Origin: Laetmonice hystrix
Lineage: Eukaryota
Direction: 5' to 3'
Assembly: GCA_965235115.1 (NCBI GenBank)
Contig: OZ249448.1
Location: forward strand, 7,440,001 to 7,504,000
DNA length: 64,000 bases
The notes under the pieces are model-generated. The model made no database searches. It had not been told where the DNA came from and saw nothing but the letters and a program-made list of their open reading frames with translations. Of the stretch, positions 1-13,310 are shown in pieces. How positions within the stretch are numbered: the first letter of the stretch is position 1; every line of letters starts with the position of its first letter. The position numbers were made by a program, and so were the translations under genes.

Positions 1-302
1 TGGTTAAATACGGTTAATAAAAAAAACACGATGAAAAACCATTTCCATCCACTGCAAGGGCACTGCTCCAAACCAGCTCATTCCCTGTTCTTCTCACAGC
101 TGTTCGTACTTGTACACCGTCATCATGTCAGCGAGCAGTCAACCAACACTCTTGCTATATGAGCTGGTGTTCTTCACACAAATGGGCGATTATCTGTCAG
201 AGAGGATGAAGGCGAGCTCTAAAAATATCATCAACAATAGTGGAGGTGTAAAACTGAAATCGTCCCTTCCAATACACGGCGCCGCAGGTGATGACAACAA
301 AC

Positions 303-808
303 GTCAGGCAATACATCCTTGTACGACTCACCACAAACAGATGGCCCTAACAAATGTGTAACAAAGGTCAGGAAATACATCCTTGTACGACTCACCACAA
401 ACAGATGGCCCAAACAAATGTGTAACAAAGGTCAGGTAATACATCCTTGTACGACTCACCACAAACAGATGGCCCAAACAAATGTGTAACAAAGGTCAGG
501 CAATACATCCTTGTACGACTCACCACAAACAGATGGCCCAAACAAATGTGTAACAAAGGTCAGGTAATACATCCCTGTACGACTCACCACAAACAGATGG
601 CCCAAACAAATGTGTAACAAAGGTCAGGTAATACATCCCTGTACGACTCACCACAAACAGATGGCCCAAACAAATGTGTAACTAAGGTCAGGCAATACAT
701 CCCTGTACGACTCACCACAAACAGATGGCCCAAACAAACGTGTAACAAAGGTCAGGCAATACATCCCTGCACGACTCACCAAAAACAGATGGCCCAAACA
801 AACGTGTA
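303..808. repeat. Tandem minisatellite, 64-bp unit, about 8 copies
   Basis: Unit GTCAGG(C/T)AATACATCC(T/C)TGTACGACTCACCACAAACAGATGGCCCAAACAAATGTGTAACAAAG starts at 303, 367, 431, 495, 559, 623, 687 and 751 (partial). Confidence 0.97.
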
Positions 809-1797
809 TTTATCGTCCTTTCAGGCTCAACATAATTTACTGCAAACGTGTTTTAAGCGACTTCACGCAACTGTTCACAGAATAGCATTCCCAAGCAAAA
901 AAGGAGAAACAGTCTGCCTGCAAGCAAATCTAATATCCTCAGTCGGAAGTAGATTTCAAACCGGTGAACAAATTTGATAGAACGTCTGAATTAACGGATA
1001 ATGATGGCCACTTTTATACCAGAAGATTTTGTTACAAAATCCTTTAATGGGCTTCATCTGAGATTAAAAGAGAAAAAATAACGTTGAGTCTTTGTGTTAC
1101 AATTCCCAGTAGTGTTCACTGAGGCAGAGAACATGACTTGTCAGAATTGTGTGTCTTTACGCAACACGTCTCTTCGGATGTTGTTCACATTTGCTGTAAA
1201 TCGGCGATGGTTAGAACAATTTAATGTTCTTGGATACCTAATCCCCAAGACAACAGTCCTTCACTGACCCGTCATCTAAAACATACATTGATTTTGTGTC
1301 CTCAGCCGACTGCAGGAACATTTCAACCCGTATTTGGCTGATACGGATAGCAATTGCCTGAGCCAATGGCCTCACGAAATGCCTGTCACATAGAATCCCC
1401 GCCCCAAGTCAGTTTTTTCCAATCTAGCAGCTGGTGAGCTGAGTGGGTTCTCAGGGGAGTATCCGTCTACCAACCACCAAGAACTGACAACGAGCCACAC
1501 AACGGCTCCTAACTTTGGAGGCTTCCATCCACCCAGTTCCGTCGTATGAGACACCGGCAGATGGTGAGCACTATCTTGAATGGCACAATACCTGGATTCC
1601 ATGACCACGTGGAACCTTTATAGACAACTGTTATTATGTGTCTATTCAATCCGGGACGAGGCGAACAATAGGCCGGCCAGATTGGTAACACCTGAGCTTG
1701 GTCACCCTCAGTGACAGTATCATGTGATGAGGAGGCATACTATAAGGGCGGCCCTTTCCAAACGAAAACAAACGTATTAAGGTCATGTGCTAAGTCA

Positions 1798-2119
1798 AAC
1801 CCGCTACATATCAATATTATGTATTTTAATAGAAAAAACAAATGTTTCTGATTTAAAAAAGGTAAAAAAATCCATATGTTACCATGTTGACTTTTGGGTT
1901 GGCATTTTATAGGATATGCACGTTAGTGTTAATTTGAGTGCACCTCACACTAATCTGGAGGCCACCAGGGTAAACCCAAGGCTTTGCAAGGCACTATCTC
2001 CCATAAAGCCAGACTTATAAGAAAAAAGTAACCGCGGTGACATATAGATATCTAAACATTTTAAAAATCAAAAATCCGTTCTTTGTATCGAAATACATTA
2101 TATTGGTATGTAGTGGGTT
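1798..2119. mobile_element. Degenerate inverted-repeat (fold-back/MITE-like) element, AT-rich
   Basis: 1798-1862 (AACCCGCTACATATCAATATTATGTATTTTAATAG...) matches the reverse complement of about 2058-2119 (AACCCACTACATACCAATATAATGTATTTCGATAC...) at roughly 75-80% over about 63 bp. True termini and TSD are not resolved. Confidence 0.5.
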
Positions 2120-2247
2120 GGCTACATTGGTTACCATGGCGAGATACAGTGGGAGATTTGATAGGTGCCGTGCATGCTTAGATAAACAAGACAATGGGTC
2201 GTCTTGTGTGTAACTAGAAATTCGTCGCTTACTCCAAGAGACAGGTC

Positions 2248-2946
2248 ACGCCAACATAACCTACCCCGTCTAATACAGTAGTCTTAATACGCCAACATAA
2301 CCTACCCCGTCTAATACAGTAGTCTTAATATGCCAACATAACCTACCCCGTCTAATACAGCAGTCTTAATACGCCAACATAACCTACCCGTCTAATACAG
2401 TAGTCTTAATACGTCGACATAACCAACCCGTCTAATACAGTAGTCTTAATACGCCAACATAACCTACCCGTCTAATACAGTAGTCTTAATACGCCAACAT
2501 AACCTACCCCGTCTAATACAGCAGTCTTAATATGCCAACATAACCTACCCCGTCTAATACAGCAGTCTTCTTACGCCAACATAACCTACCCGTCTAATAC
2601 AGTAGTCTTAATACGTCGACATAACCAACCCGTCTAATACAGTAGTCTTAATACGCCAACATAACCTACCCGTCTAATACAGTAGTCTTAATACGCCAAC
2701 ATAACCTACCCCGTCTAATACAACAGTCTTAATATGCCAACATAACCTACCCCGTCTAATACAGCAGTCTTAATATGCCAACATAACCTACCCCGTCTAA
2801 TACAGCAGTCTTAATATGCCAACATAACCTACCCCGTCTAATGCAGCAGTCTTAATATGCCAACATAACCTACCCCGTCTAATACAGCAGTCTTAATACG
2901 CCAACATAACCTACCCGTCTAATGCAGCAGTCTTAATACGCCAACA
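2248..2946. repeat. Tandem minisatellite, 40/41-bp unit, about 17 copies
   Basis: Unit A(C/T)GCCAACATAACCTACCC(C)GTCTAATACAG(T/C)AGTCTTAAT, with a C3/C4 length variant and two GTCGAC variant units. Confidence 0.97.
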
Positions 2947-3342
2947 TTCTCATGCTATCACCCGACCTAGCCCCGATCACTGTGCTGTGAGTGGAGCGGC
3001 TTTCATCGCCTTACCCGGCTCGCTGCCATTGTTTTTTTCCATTGACCCGGGGTGGCCTCCACAAGAAGGCCGGGTTGTGATAAGACTATGAGAGAGAATC
3101 CCCGACGGGTCATAATGATGACTCCCGTCCACACAGGATCCGTTTGGCCCGCCCTTTATCATTGGTGAATGGTTGCCGATCAAGGACACTCCCCAAACGG
3201 CCGCCAATAAAGGCCCCCCTCGAGTCCGACATCGGAGCAACATTAGAGATGAACCAAGTATCCCAGTCCTAACTGTATTGGGGGAAATCTGGCATGGAAC
3301 ACTGATGAAATATCAATATCAGATAAATCTTCAGCGGAAGGA

Positions 3343-3409
3343 TATAAAAATGGCGACTGGGTCGAGTGGCTTCCGGGGCGATGAAGGCCGAGGTTGGGGC
3401 GGGGCCAAT
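3343..3409. promoter_or_regulatory. Cluster of promoter-type motifs (candidate only)
   Basis: TATAAAA 3343-3349, YY1-like AAAATGGCG 3347-3355, ETS-like CTTCCGG 3370-3376, GC box GGGGCGGGG 3396-3404, CCAAT 3405-3409. No linked transcript can be shown. Confidence 0.2.
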
Positions 3410-4594
3410 GGATGGAAGCTGGGTATTGACATACTGTGACGGTGATGGTTGGCCGTTAATGGTTCTGACATTAACTGGCATTACGAGGGTAGTGTTCAGT
3501 GAACCCTGGGGGTCAGTGTTGGCACGAGAGACACAGGTATCCCGGTTAGCTTCCCGTCAGGTGTAGTCACACTCGGCCCATTCCGACTCCGACCCACTCA
3601 GTTCACACTGCCACGAGGATTGGACCGACTCCGACCTGACCAATGATGTATGGCTGAAACCGCGTAAAGTCAAAATCATGTCGGTCAAATCCATAGTCAA
3701 TGGCCAAATCGGACTGAACCTAACCAGGTCAAACCCGAGTCAGGTCACAGGCACGGATCTAGGTTTGTGCCAAGGGGGGAGTAATTGTGGTTGTGGGGTG
3801 CCAAGGGTGTGTGTATGGGGGGGGGGGGGGTTGTGTATGTTTTGTGTGTGAACCTTTCAAGCTGGAAAAAAGAAAAATTCGCCACTGGGATGCAGGCCAG
3901 TCACGCTAACCTTCACTAATTTCAGAGTGTACGGACAATAGTGTCATTTAATTGGGTTAACAGCACTCTCGTGGTCGCCTCTGGCGGGTCTTTCAGAACT
4001 GCCTGGCCCTCCCCGACCCTCACTGTTGACAGAAGTCCTCAAGTGGGACCTCAAGACCAACCCAATCACCCTCACTGATCGTCCTACATTAGCACCCCAC
4101 TCCCAGACCAACATGTCAGGCCTGCCGCCCTGATTGTACCCCACATTAAGCACTGAATGTTGCATGAGCTCAGGACACCGTACAACAGACAACCTTTAGA
4201 TACAATCCTGTCGGTCCCTCACAGAAGCAGCGGTCTGCTGCTGACACCAGTTGTTTCGGGGATTACTTGAACCCTCCAGGCAGGCCGCTGTGATGATGTC
4301 ACTACGCGGAGGGCAGTGGATAAAACGTAACACTAACTAAAGAGGTTCCTGATCATTTAAAATCACTCTCCTTCTCAAATTCTACAAAAACGTTATCTAA
4401 ACTTTCTTAACCTGTCTGGAAGCGCGACATAATGGGCCCGATACCGTAAAACGTGTGCCAGTACCAAAGGGCACAGAGAGATAACGTAAAGCTGCCACCT
4501 GTCAGTGTTTTGTTTGCCCCCCCCCCCGGCATCCACTCATCATCCCCTCCCTCCACGGCTCCACCTCCACCCACGGTCTCAACCTACTCCGTCT

Positions 4595-6161
4595 GAAACC
4601 TAGGACCACACACATACACAGGTGGAAACCTAGGACCACACACATACACAGGTGGAAACCTAGGACCACACACATACACATGTAGAAACCTAGGACCACA
4701 CACATACACAGGTGGAAACCTAGGACCACACACATACGTGTACAGGTGGAAACCTTGGACCACACACATACACAGGTAGAAACCTCCCACAACACACATA
4801 CACAGGTGGAAACCTAGGACCACACACATACACAGGTGGAAACCTAGGACCACGCACATACACATGTAGAAACCTAGGACCACACACATACACAGGTAGA
4901 AACCTCCCACAACACACATACACAGGTAGAAACCTAGGACCACACACATACACAGGCGGAAACCTAGTACAACACACATACACAGGTGGAAACCTAGGAC
5001 CACACACATACACAGGTAGAAACCTCCCACAACACACATACACAGGTGGAAACCTAGGACCTAGGACAACACACATACACAGGCGGAAACCTAGGACCAC
5101 ACACATACACAGGCGGAAACCTAGGACCACACACATACACAGGCGGAAACCTAGGACCACACACATACACAGGCGGAAACCTAGGACAACACACATACAC
5201 AGGCGGAAACCTAGGACCACACACATACACAGGCGGAAACCTTGGACCACACACATACACAGGCGGAAACCCAGGACCACACACATACACAGGTGGAAAC
5301 CTAGGACCACACACATACACGGGTGGAAACCTAGGACCACACACATACACAGGCGGAAACCTAGGACCACACACATACACAGGCAGAAACCTAGGACCAC
5401 GCACATACACATGTAGAAACCTAGGACCACGCACATACACAGGCGGAAACCTAGGACCACACACATACACAGGCAGAAACCTAGGACCACGCACATACAC
5501 ATGTAGAAACCTAGGACCACACACATACACAGGCGGAAACCTAGTACAACACACATACACAGATGGAAACCTAGGACCACACACATACACAGGTAGAAAT
5601 CTCCCACAACACACATACACAGGTGGAAACCTAGGACCACACACATACACAGGCGGAAACCTAGGACCACACACATACACAGGCGGAAACCTAGGACCAC
5701 ACACATACACAGGCGGAAAACCAGGACAACACACATACACAAGTGGAAACCTAAACCTAGGACCACACACATACACAGGTAGAAATCTCCCACAACACAC
5801 ATACACAGGTGGAAACCTAGGACCACACACATACACAGGCGGAAACCTAGGACCACACACATACACAGGCGGAAACCTAGGACCACACACATACACAAGC
5901 GGAAACCTAGTACAACACACATACACAGGTGGAAACCTAGGACCACACACATACACAGGTAGAAATCTCCCACAACACACATACACAGGTGGAAACCTAG
6001 AACCACGCACATACACATGTAGAAACCTAGGACCACACACATACACAGGCGGAAACCTAGTACAACACACATACACAGGTGGAAACCTAGGACCACACAC
6101 ATACACAGGCGGAAACCTAGGACAACACACATACACAGGTGGAAACCTAGGACCACACACA
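4595..6161. repeat. Tandem minisatellite, 30-bp unit, about 52 copies
   Basis: Unit GG(T/C)GGAAACCTAGGACCACACACATACACA with interspersed variants. It produces the artefactual minus-strand LCMCVVLGFH and GPRFPPVYVC ORFs. Confidence 0.98.
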
Positions 6162-7989
6162 AAATATTCATTCCTTCAACAGATGTTCGCGTTTAATCTT
6201 AGTACATAAGAATATTAGAAAATGAGTACAAATTCTGAAAGATCCCAATAGTCTATGACGACAGTATAAAGCGGTATGATTGGTAGCTATCACACGTTCC
6301 CTCCCCACCATATTCCCAGGGGACTGGCGCCAGTAGCGAGTGATCCGATCTGTGGAATATGATATATTTTTTAACCTGGTTAGCCGCAGTAATCAGGAAC
6401 ACCATGAAGCCACCAAAGTCAAGCCCTTCTGATTGATGTCAACCTGAATTACCACTTCCAACAAAGTGGCTTCACAAAAATCTAGGAAGATCTGATGGGT
6501 TGTCTAGACAGGTGGCTTCAATATACACGTACCTCACAGATTTGACTGAAGTCGGACAGCCAATTTAATTGGGTTTTCTTTAATATTCGAAATCAAAAGA
6601 AGTAATCGGTAAAGGTCAAAGTTATCCGGAGTTCAAGGATCGCAGGTGAAGACAATCTCTTGCTTCTATCAGACAAGAAAGTCCCACGTGTTCGTAGAAT
6701 ACCAAAGAGACGCCCGAGAAAAGTAGTATTTGGAGTCAACTTTATTATTACCTCCTATTCTGGCCCTACATCCCTAAGTCTTGTCCAATTGTGAGGCTGA
6801 CTTGTGCGTCGGTAGGGGGGCACTACATATGGAAGCAAACAAATCGCTGGCTATTACCAGCATGCTGTGGTATATAGCTGAAAGACGTTCTTATCAATTC
6901 TGATCAATAAAATCCACCTTACAATCTGACTGAAGTGGCAGAAAATGAGCAGGATGCATGAAATAACGATGTACTTGTTTTTGCTTTGTTTGTAGACCTC
7001 CATTGGTTCCATCTACAAGCTATAGAAACGTCATAATCTCTCTCCCTTCTGTCCTCTAACACTTCATCAGTACTGCATTCACTATATTTCCTATCAAACA
7101 GAAAAAATTTGAAATGAAAATATCCCAGTAATGATGTGATCTCCATTTTTTCTGCCAGGACACTCACCGCAAAATACATGGACCGTGTGATGTACAAAGG
7201 TAGTAATAACGTTATAGTTATGGCGGGTCGGAAAACCCGGCAGACAAATGACTAGCACCACCAGGGAAATAGCACGTTTGGTGTAGTGTAGCAGCCGAGC
7301 TGGCTGGCGTACTACCTCACACAGACCTGACTGCACCGGGCCTTCACTAGTCTGACTCCAAACTGAGCGTCCACTTCAGCCACATGGTAGACCAAAGCCA
7401 AACGTCTCAGTCGTATCCTCGAAAAAAATAGAGTTGGAACTTTTTCTCTCTCAGAATCTCATACATCACATTCATGAAGTGTTGAACCCCGTGAAGCCAA
7501 ACATTTCCTGAACACTAGCGAGGCTTGTGGCGAGAACCCACATTTATTAATTTCCCTTGGGTTTCTAAGACTGAGAAACCTCCGCCTGACCTTGAGAAAG
7601 GGGCGGCCACACCTGCGAGCGCTGCCCCAGGGGAAACGACGGTATTACGCTAATGTAAGGAACGTTGAGAAATTTGTACCAAAAGACTTTTTCCATGAAC
7701 CCTCTTTAGACTACTTTCTTCTATGGTCAATTCATTCAAGTGAATGAATATATCCTCTGTGTTCTCTGCAATGATGTAGAATGGTAGCGAGAGAGAAAAA
7801 GGATCATACATTCTCAGTGATCTACTTCATCTTTATCATATACTCTGGTGCGCCATCAAAGGTGGCACAGTTTATTTGAGATGAGAGGGAAAAAAGACGT
7901 TAGAAGAAAAAGACCTGTCGCCCCTTGCTTTCATTGCTATCTGGATCCTGCAGCTGTGTGTGGGCATCGTTCAGCTTTGTCCCTCTCAC

Positions 7990-8136
7990 TGTAACGTATG
8001 CCATCCTAAACGGCGCGTTTATATCCCGATTGTTCAGTTTAGAATCTATCACAATATATCTCCTGCTCCCGACCGGTTTATATTCACTAGAACGTGCGCA
8101 GTCCGTTATCAGTGTGGACGTGAACGTTATGGTAAT
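7990..8136 (-). CDS. Weak candidate internal exon (147 nt, phase 0-0)
   Basis: Minus strand: acceptor TTTTTCACACACAG, donor ACA|GTGAGA, stop-free 49 codons ITITFTSTLITDCARSSEYKPVGSRRYIVIDSKLNNRDINAPFRMAYVT. No family recognised; could be chance. Confidence 0.25.
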
Positions 8137-9023
8137 CTGTGTGTGAAAAACACATGAAGGCTGTTGTTATCTCTGGCGAGTGTGAATAATGTCCTGTTTT
8201 AATGTATCTCATATAGTGATGGACATGTGGGCTAGATACACCGACATTTAGGTCATACCATCACCAATTCTCAACTTGCCATTTGGGGCCGCTGTATAAC
8301 TTTTCGTTCGGTAAATTTGCAGTGTATTTTCAACGGAAATGTTTGCAAACAGATAAAATATAGGCAATGGCTGCTAATGTGAGGGAACATGGTGAAATAA
8401 CGCTTTCTGCCAAGGTCATTACTAAACATGCATGGACTGATAAGAAAGCCCAGCGCCCTGCGAAAGGACGGAGAGTCACACCAACTTCCGGGCGACACGC
8501 ACCTGCTCGCCTATTTACTCACTCACTCACCCCACACTTAATGTATAACTCACAATTCACTCACTCTGGAGCCGGGGTTCGATTCCAGTAGTACTACAAA
8601 TTTGTCTCTTTCCGGACATTTAGAAAGTGAACTGGGTTCCGCCTGATGCCCGTACATAGTGGAGATACAGTCCTATCTATCCGAAAAAACTGTCACACTA
8701 AGCGTAAAATTCACAATTCACATACTACTTCCGGTAACGCCACGCTTGATGGTCATATCTGTACAGAAATATTTAGGCCTAAATGCCAAACGACAAAGGA
8801 GGCTGGTCAACTGACGTGCACCCAGTTCTACAGAAAACATAACAATGTGACTTTTACAGACGGCGTGTGAAACACAACTACATACTCTAAACGAGACGTG
8901 CACAGATTGTGAAATGGTTTACCTTGTTAACCTTGTTGAAGATGTTAAATCCCATGACGGAATTCCTTGTTGCGTTGTACATCTTGGCTGCTAGGAGGCA
9001 GTTCGCTTCATCAAGTGAAACTT

Positions 9024-9218
9024 TTATATGTATCCAGGGATAGACGATTCACAGTAATATCCGCTGTACATGTCATCGTGACTGGGCACGTTTTGCACTT
9101 CATTCTCTCCCAACATGCGCCTTCCATTGGCAAACATTTCCTTTTTTACTGCGGAGATTAGTTCTGTGCCCATCTCTAGTGTAGATCCACTCTCCAGTGT
9201 AGACAAGTCCCTATATTC
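9024..9218 (-). CDS. Weak candidate terminal coding exon (phase 0 start, ends in TAA)
   Basis: Minus strand: GATTTACTCAG|GAA TAT AGG..., a purine-rich frame EYRDLSTLESGSTLEMGTELISAVKKEMFANGRRMLGENEVQNVPSHDDMYSGYYCESSIPGYI*. The polypyrimidine tract is poor and no homology is recognised. Confidence 0.25.
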   Translation of the reverse strand, partial: EYRDLSTLESGSTLEMGTELISAVKKEMFANGRRMLGENEVQNVPSHDDMYSGYYCESSIPGYI

Positions 9219-11639
9219 CTGAGTAAATCGTCACGTACCATCCTCTACACAAACACATCCATACCCAGTGATAAACCAACCATAACAATACATGAACAAT
9301 AGAACCATCAGTATTCACTCTCCTTGGTATGGAATCCATCCGAGAACGAGCCACCCTGGCTGAGCAATCCGTCCTGTCGGGTACCAACACCGACTTCAGA
9401 CTGGCTGCGGAATGTACAAGACAGGAGTTGGCTCACTTTATGAAGTACAGTTGTGTTTGGCCAGCCCCACACAGACTTCAGTCTAAGCGCCATGGCTAAC
9501 AGACACAGTCGCGCCAACATCCCGCCGATAGCATCTGTGGATATCCATTATTCGTACTGGATGCGGCCGCCATGTAAACATGAAGCTGAGCATGACCAGT
9601 TCTGTTAGGGAGGTCTACCCGCGGCGCTCTCCACTCCAACTTGCCACTCTCCACAGCCGACCCCGATCGAGGCGTGGCCGCGTATGTCACTCGTCAGTTG
9701 ACGTGACACAAGTAACACCACGAGGCACCACAGGGGGCGCTGGGCGGGCCCTCGCCGCTGCTAATGACAACCATGGATAACTCGCACTGTAACTGAGGTC
9801 AGAAAGGATGCGAACAACGCCTTCACCGTTCACTGCCCGCTACAATCGAGTGCGGGCTTAGCACAGACCGTCTTCCACCGGCAGGGCTCCTGAATTCTTG
9901 GTCCTATACCTGCATTGTTTTCCCAAACACTTTGCGTTGTTTCCTACGCACTGTGGACACCATGCTGGGGCCTGTGTCGGGGCCGTATGGACTTGGTAAC
10001 CGAGCAGGAAGCATGATAAGGACCATCGATCGTAGTCGGTGGCGTGTGAAAGTCTCCCGCTACGTTAACCGCTACATGCACTTCAGCCATATACCTCTGT
10101 CGTCGGAGCACGAGATATTCTGCTCCTTCTATTGGTTACTCTATCCTATCATTGTTATCTCTCAATCCACACTCGGGTTACAACCCCCCACAGGGGAAAT
10201 CACTCACTTCACGCAACCAACTTCAGTTCACACTGCTGCAATCCATCGAGTTCACGTTACATGGACTCTTACATATATACCTGAAGCTAATGATCGTATG
10301 TTCCACCCCTCTCAGGTAGGCCGATAAACTTTATATTTGTAATCGCGCACCTTGTGTATTTCGAAAAACAGGTTTTCTATTCTTGGAGCTCCCCGACGCG
10401 ATTGTTCCAAGGTAATAAAGTTGATGGCATTGTTTCCTGTAATCATCAATGCAGATATTCATAAGCAAGGGAAGTGAGACGGAAGACCGGTGCTGCATTG
10501 ATGACTTGGACTAATTTCTCAGAGTGTAAAGTCATTGTTGCTGGGCTACCACACAGCGGCTGACACGTGACACCTGCCATGAGGAGGGGGTCGTCCAGTA
10601 CAGGACCTCCACTGTAACTGTCGGTCAGTACTGAGAGTACGACAAGGTGTTGTCATGGAGTCAAGGAGCCGTGGTTTCCCTCCGTCCTCCCGCCATCACA
10701 GACACCCGTAACATCTGGTTCCTGGCCGCACCACGGCTCCCATTGATCATAACGCCTGCAGCCTGCCAACTACTGCTGCTCATCAACACACTCAGTGTCT
10801 TTGATCCCTCTGTGTCACTGTGGCAACCAGAGACAATACCGTCAGCATCAATGTCCTGCCGTCATCATTAATTAGATACATGGTAATAACAGGATACACA
10901 GTCATCGACTCTGGCACCACTTGCCCGTCTGTAATAGGGCCACGTCTGTGTACCTGGAACGAATTCGTACACAAAACACATTCCGATAAAATCAACTGAG
11001 CAATCAGTGCAAAAAAAATCTGATCGGTGTAAATCTATTCATTGCCAATAAAACCCAAACTTCTTATGTCAATCTCAAGACAGCTAATCCACTTCGGTCT
11101 GTCCGTTACTATGGCAACTGGAAGCACAAATATTTGCGCCTTGTGAAAAATAAGTTACTTCCCGCAGTGCCTTCCCAGTTCATTCATTTCCTTTACACTT
11201 TCAAAAGTTCGTCAGAGTGCAATCCAGGGAAAGCAGATCAATTGTCAACACGGCGTCTCAATCCAGTCTCCCTGACAAAGACTCATGCCAGGCATCTCAA
11301 GCCGGTGTATTGAGATGAATGGTTAAGTCAGCTTCATCTGCCATACCTGCAGAATGCCACTTCAAAGGGACGAGGGCCTGCTTTGAAATCCTACTGTCCT
11401 TCAAAGCTGTCTGATCGATATACCTTGACAAATTGCTTAGTTGCATCTCCCCGCTTGCCGCCTGCCGCCGCTTCCGTCGGCGCTAGTCCGCCGACGTCTT
11501 GCGTTGTCGCCGACTGGTCTGAGCCAATCAACACGATTCCCCGCTTGCCACCGTTCGGAACGCTGCTTGACCGCCACACCATGTTTCCCCACACCATTAG
11601 CTCACATCACAGCCATGAGATCCGCCCCACCGTGCCTGG

Positions 11640-13310
11640 CTGCACCGACTATGAGCTCCGTCTGGACCAGTCTGAGCTGATCCGATTGTATCTCTCCGTA
11701 AACCTGTATCAGAGCAGCCCGCAAAGTCTCGGCCGCCCAGGCCAATTTGTGCTCCTTGCCTCCTCAGTCAGCCACCTGGACTCAGGCTGAATCAGACAAC
11801 TTGTTCTTTAACGGCCGCATGAAATGATCAATCGTATTGCGACAGCCGATTACTTCGATCAGAGGCAGCCTTAAGATAGATACAAGTACGTCACTGGAGG
11901 ACCTTGTACTGATAACGGTCCAATCTCACCCTGAACTCAGAACAAGATTCACATCATCAATCTCATGAAGGGCAAAGCTTCTCTTATATCCGCTTACACA
12001 GCCAGCTCAAAGAGATCTGCTATGTGCAAGTCAATCCAAGGGGACACGAAATATCCCTGAGTTGGGTCACAAACATTATGTCAATTAACCAAGTTATTGA
12101 GACGGGGTAAATATTCGGATCCCTCAACAATGATACAGGTCAGCTGGCTCACCTGACCTTTGATCTTCTGAAGGTCTCTGACAACCTCGAGCAACCTGCG
12201 TCTGTTTTTAAGGTACCATAATCTTGGACCTGACCATCGGCCCCGCCTGGGGTCGACCACCGCCAACGGTCACCGTGCACCCTGACCATGTGGGCGGCAG
12301 GAGTTTGGTAGGTTTCACGTTCAATCATCACTTGGCACGTCGGAGGTCATATTTACAGAGGTGCTGCCTTTTTAACCAATATGGCAATGCCAATCGTCTG
12401 CTGGGTTAGTTAAGGGCCCCTTGAGCCATCTTTCAACTCATAGTGTTCATCAAGGTCGGACGCCGCTCTCGCCGCCAACAGACGATATCATGTCAGTTAT
12501 ACCCCCATCACACTGGATAAAGACCTTACGGCGATCATGGCGACCTCGCAGATCGCCGTTTGTCGCCGTCAACATCAGGAAACCCCTCCAAGTGTGACTG
12601 CAATGCCGCTCCCACCCCGCTGCCACGACGTGGAAAAATGCAATTCTCGGACAATTTAGGCCGTCCCTACCACGTCGTATGGCGTTGCTACCACGTCCTA
12701 TACGATCACACTGCGCTCACTGCGCAGCAAGAACGCAGCTCTGACGTCATGAGCGCAGCGGCAGCACCCTGCCCAGCGTGTAAAGGGCTCATTAGGGTCA
12801 CCGAGGTCTCGGTAGCAGCGTGGTAAGAGCGCCGGGCCAGCGCCATGGGACGGGAAGGCCGATGCTACACCGTTCACTGGCGCTCGACCTGGAATCTGAA
12901 TCAGGAATCTGGTACTGCGCTCCTAGGACGCTGATGGTGATCGCATTTCGATCCAACTGCGCTTTTAGATCCACGGCGACCCTGCGGCGTAAATTTTGTG
13001 CATGTTCAAAATTGGTCGCCGCTAATGGCGCTCATGGTGACCATATGACGACCCAGGGAGACACTATCTCGCTCCTATGACGCTCAGAAGGACCTCAAGG
13101 CACTCTATCACTCTGGCCCATTTTCTAGAGCGCAGCTAGATCGCCTTCTAGTGTGATGGGGGTATAAGATCTGGCTGTACTTCTCTACCTCCTCCATGAC
13201 TCGGGCAGTCAATGGACTCCAGTCTGACCGGCTGATCCCTGCCGATCCTGGCACCCTTCAAATACACATCAATACTAAACTACCACCCGTCTGCCGCAAC
13301 GCTGCATAAT
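11640..13310 (+). mobile_element. Highly decayed non-LTR retrotransposon (CR1/L2-like) reverse transcriptase remnant, interrupted by a TIR element
   Basis: Collinear but degenerate motifs with stops and frameshifts: ELRLDQSELIRLYLSVNLYQSS (about 11650); DNGPIS (about 11910, cf. NYRPIS); GSQTLCQL (about 12064, cf. GRSTxxQL); DLLKVSDN (12162-12185, cf. DxSKAFD) followed by LRLFLRYHNLG; SVHQG (about 12442, cf. GVPQG); TDD (12478-12486, cf. YADD). After the insertion the frame continues KIWLYFSTSSMTRAVNGLQSDRL. Motif resemblance is from memory, not a search. Confidence 0.45.
12500..13164. mobile_element. Non-autonomous TIR DNA transposon (665 bp), TA-flanked
   Basis: Perfect 15-bp TIR TACCCCCATCACACT (12500-12514) and AGTGTGATGGGGGTA (13150-13164). 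TA on both flanks (12498-12499, 13165-13166). GC-rich non-coding interior. Confidence 0.85.

Noticed and set aside
100-290. Plus-strand strong acceptor (TTCTTCTCACAG at 99) with an open frame CSYLYTVIMS...
   Set aside because: No good donor, no recognisable peptide and no partner exon on this strand.
4502-6171. Cys-rich LCMCVVLGFH and GPRFPPVYVC ORFs; likewise the long ORFs at 28.9, 31, 48.4, 59.7 and 62-64 kb
   Set aside because: Translations of tandem units with several frames open at once and no unique domain or splice support.
6919-7090. Minus-strand strong acceptor with open frame KYSECSTDEVLEDRRERDY... to TAA, with AATAAA about 175 nt later
   Set aside because: It needs a phase-2 upstream exon that I could not find, and the peptide is unrecognised. 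Kept only as a note.
8576-8586. Perfect Pol III B-box GGTTCGATTCC (similar near-matches at about 44983 and 31690)
   Set aside because: No correctly spaced A-box or cloverleaf, so a tRNA or SINE head cannot be supported.
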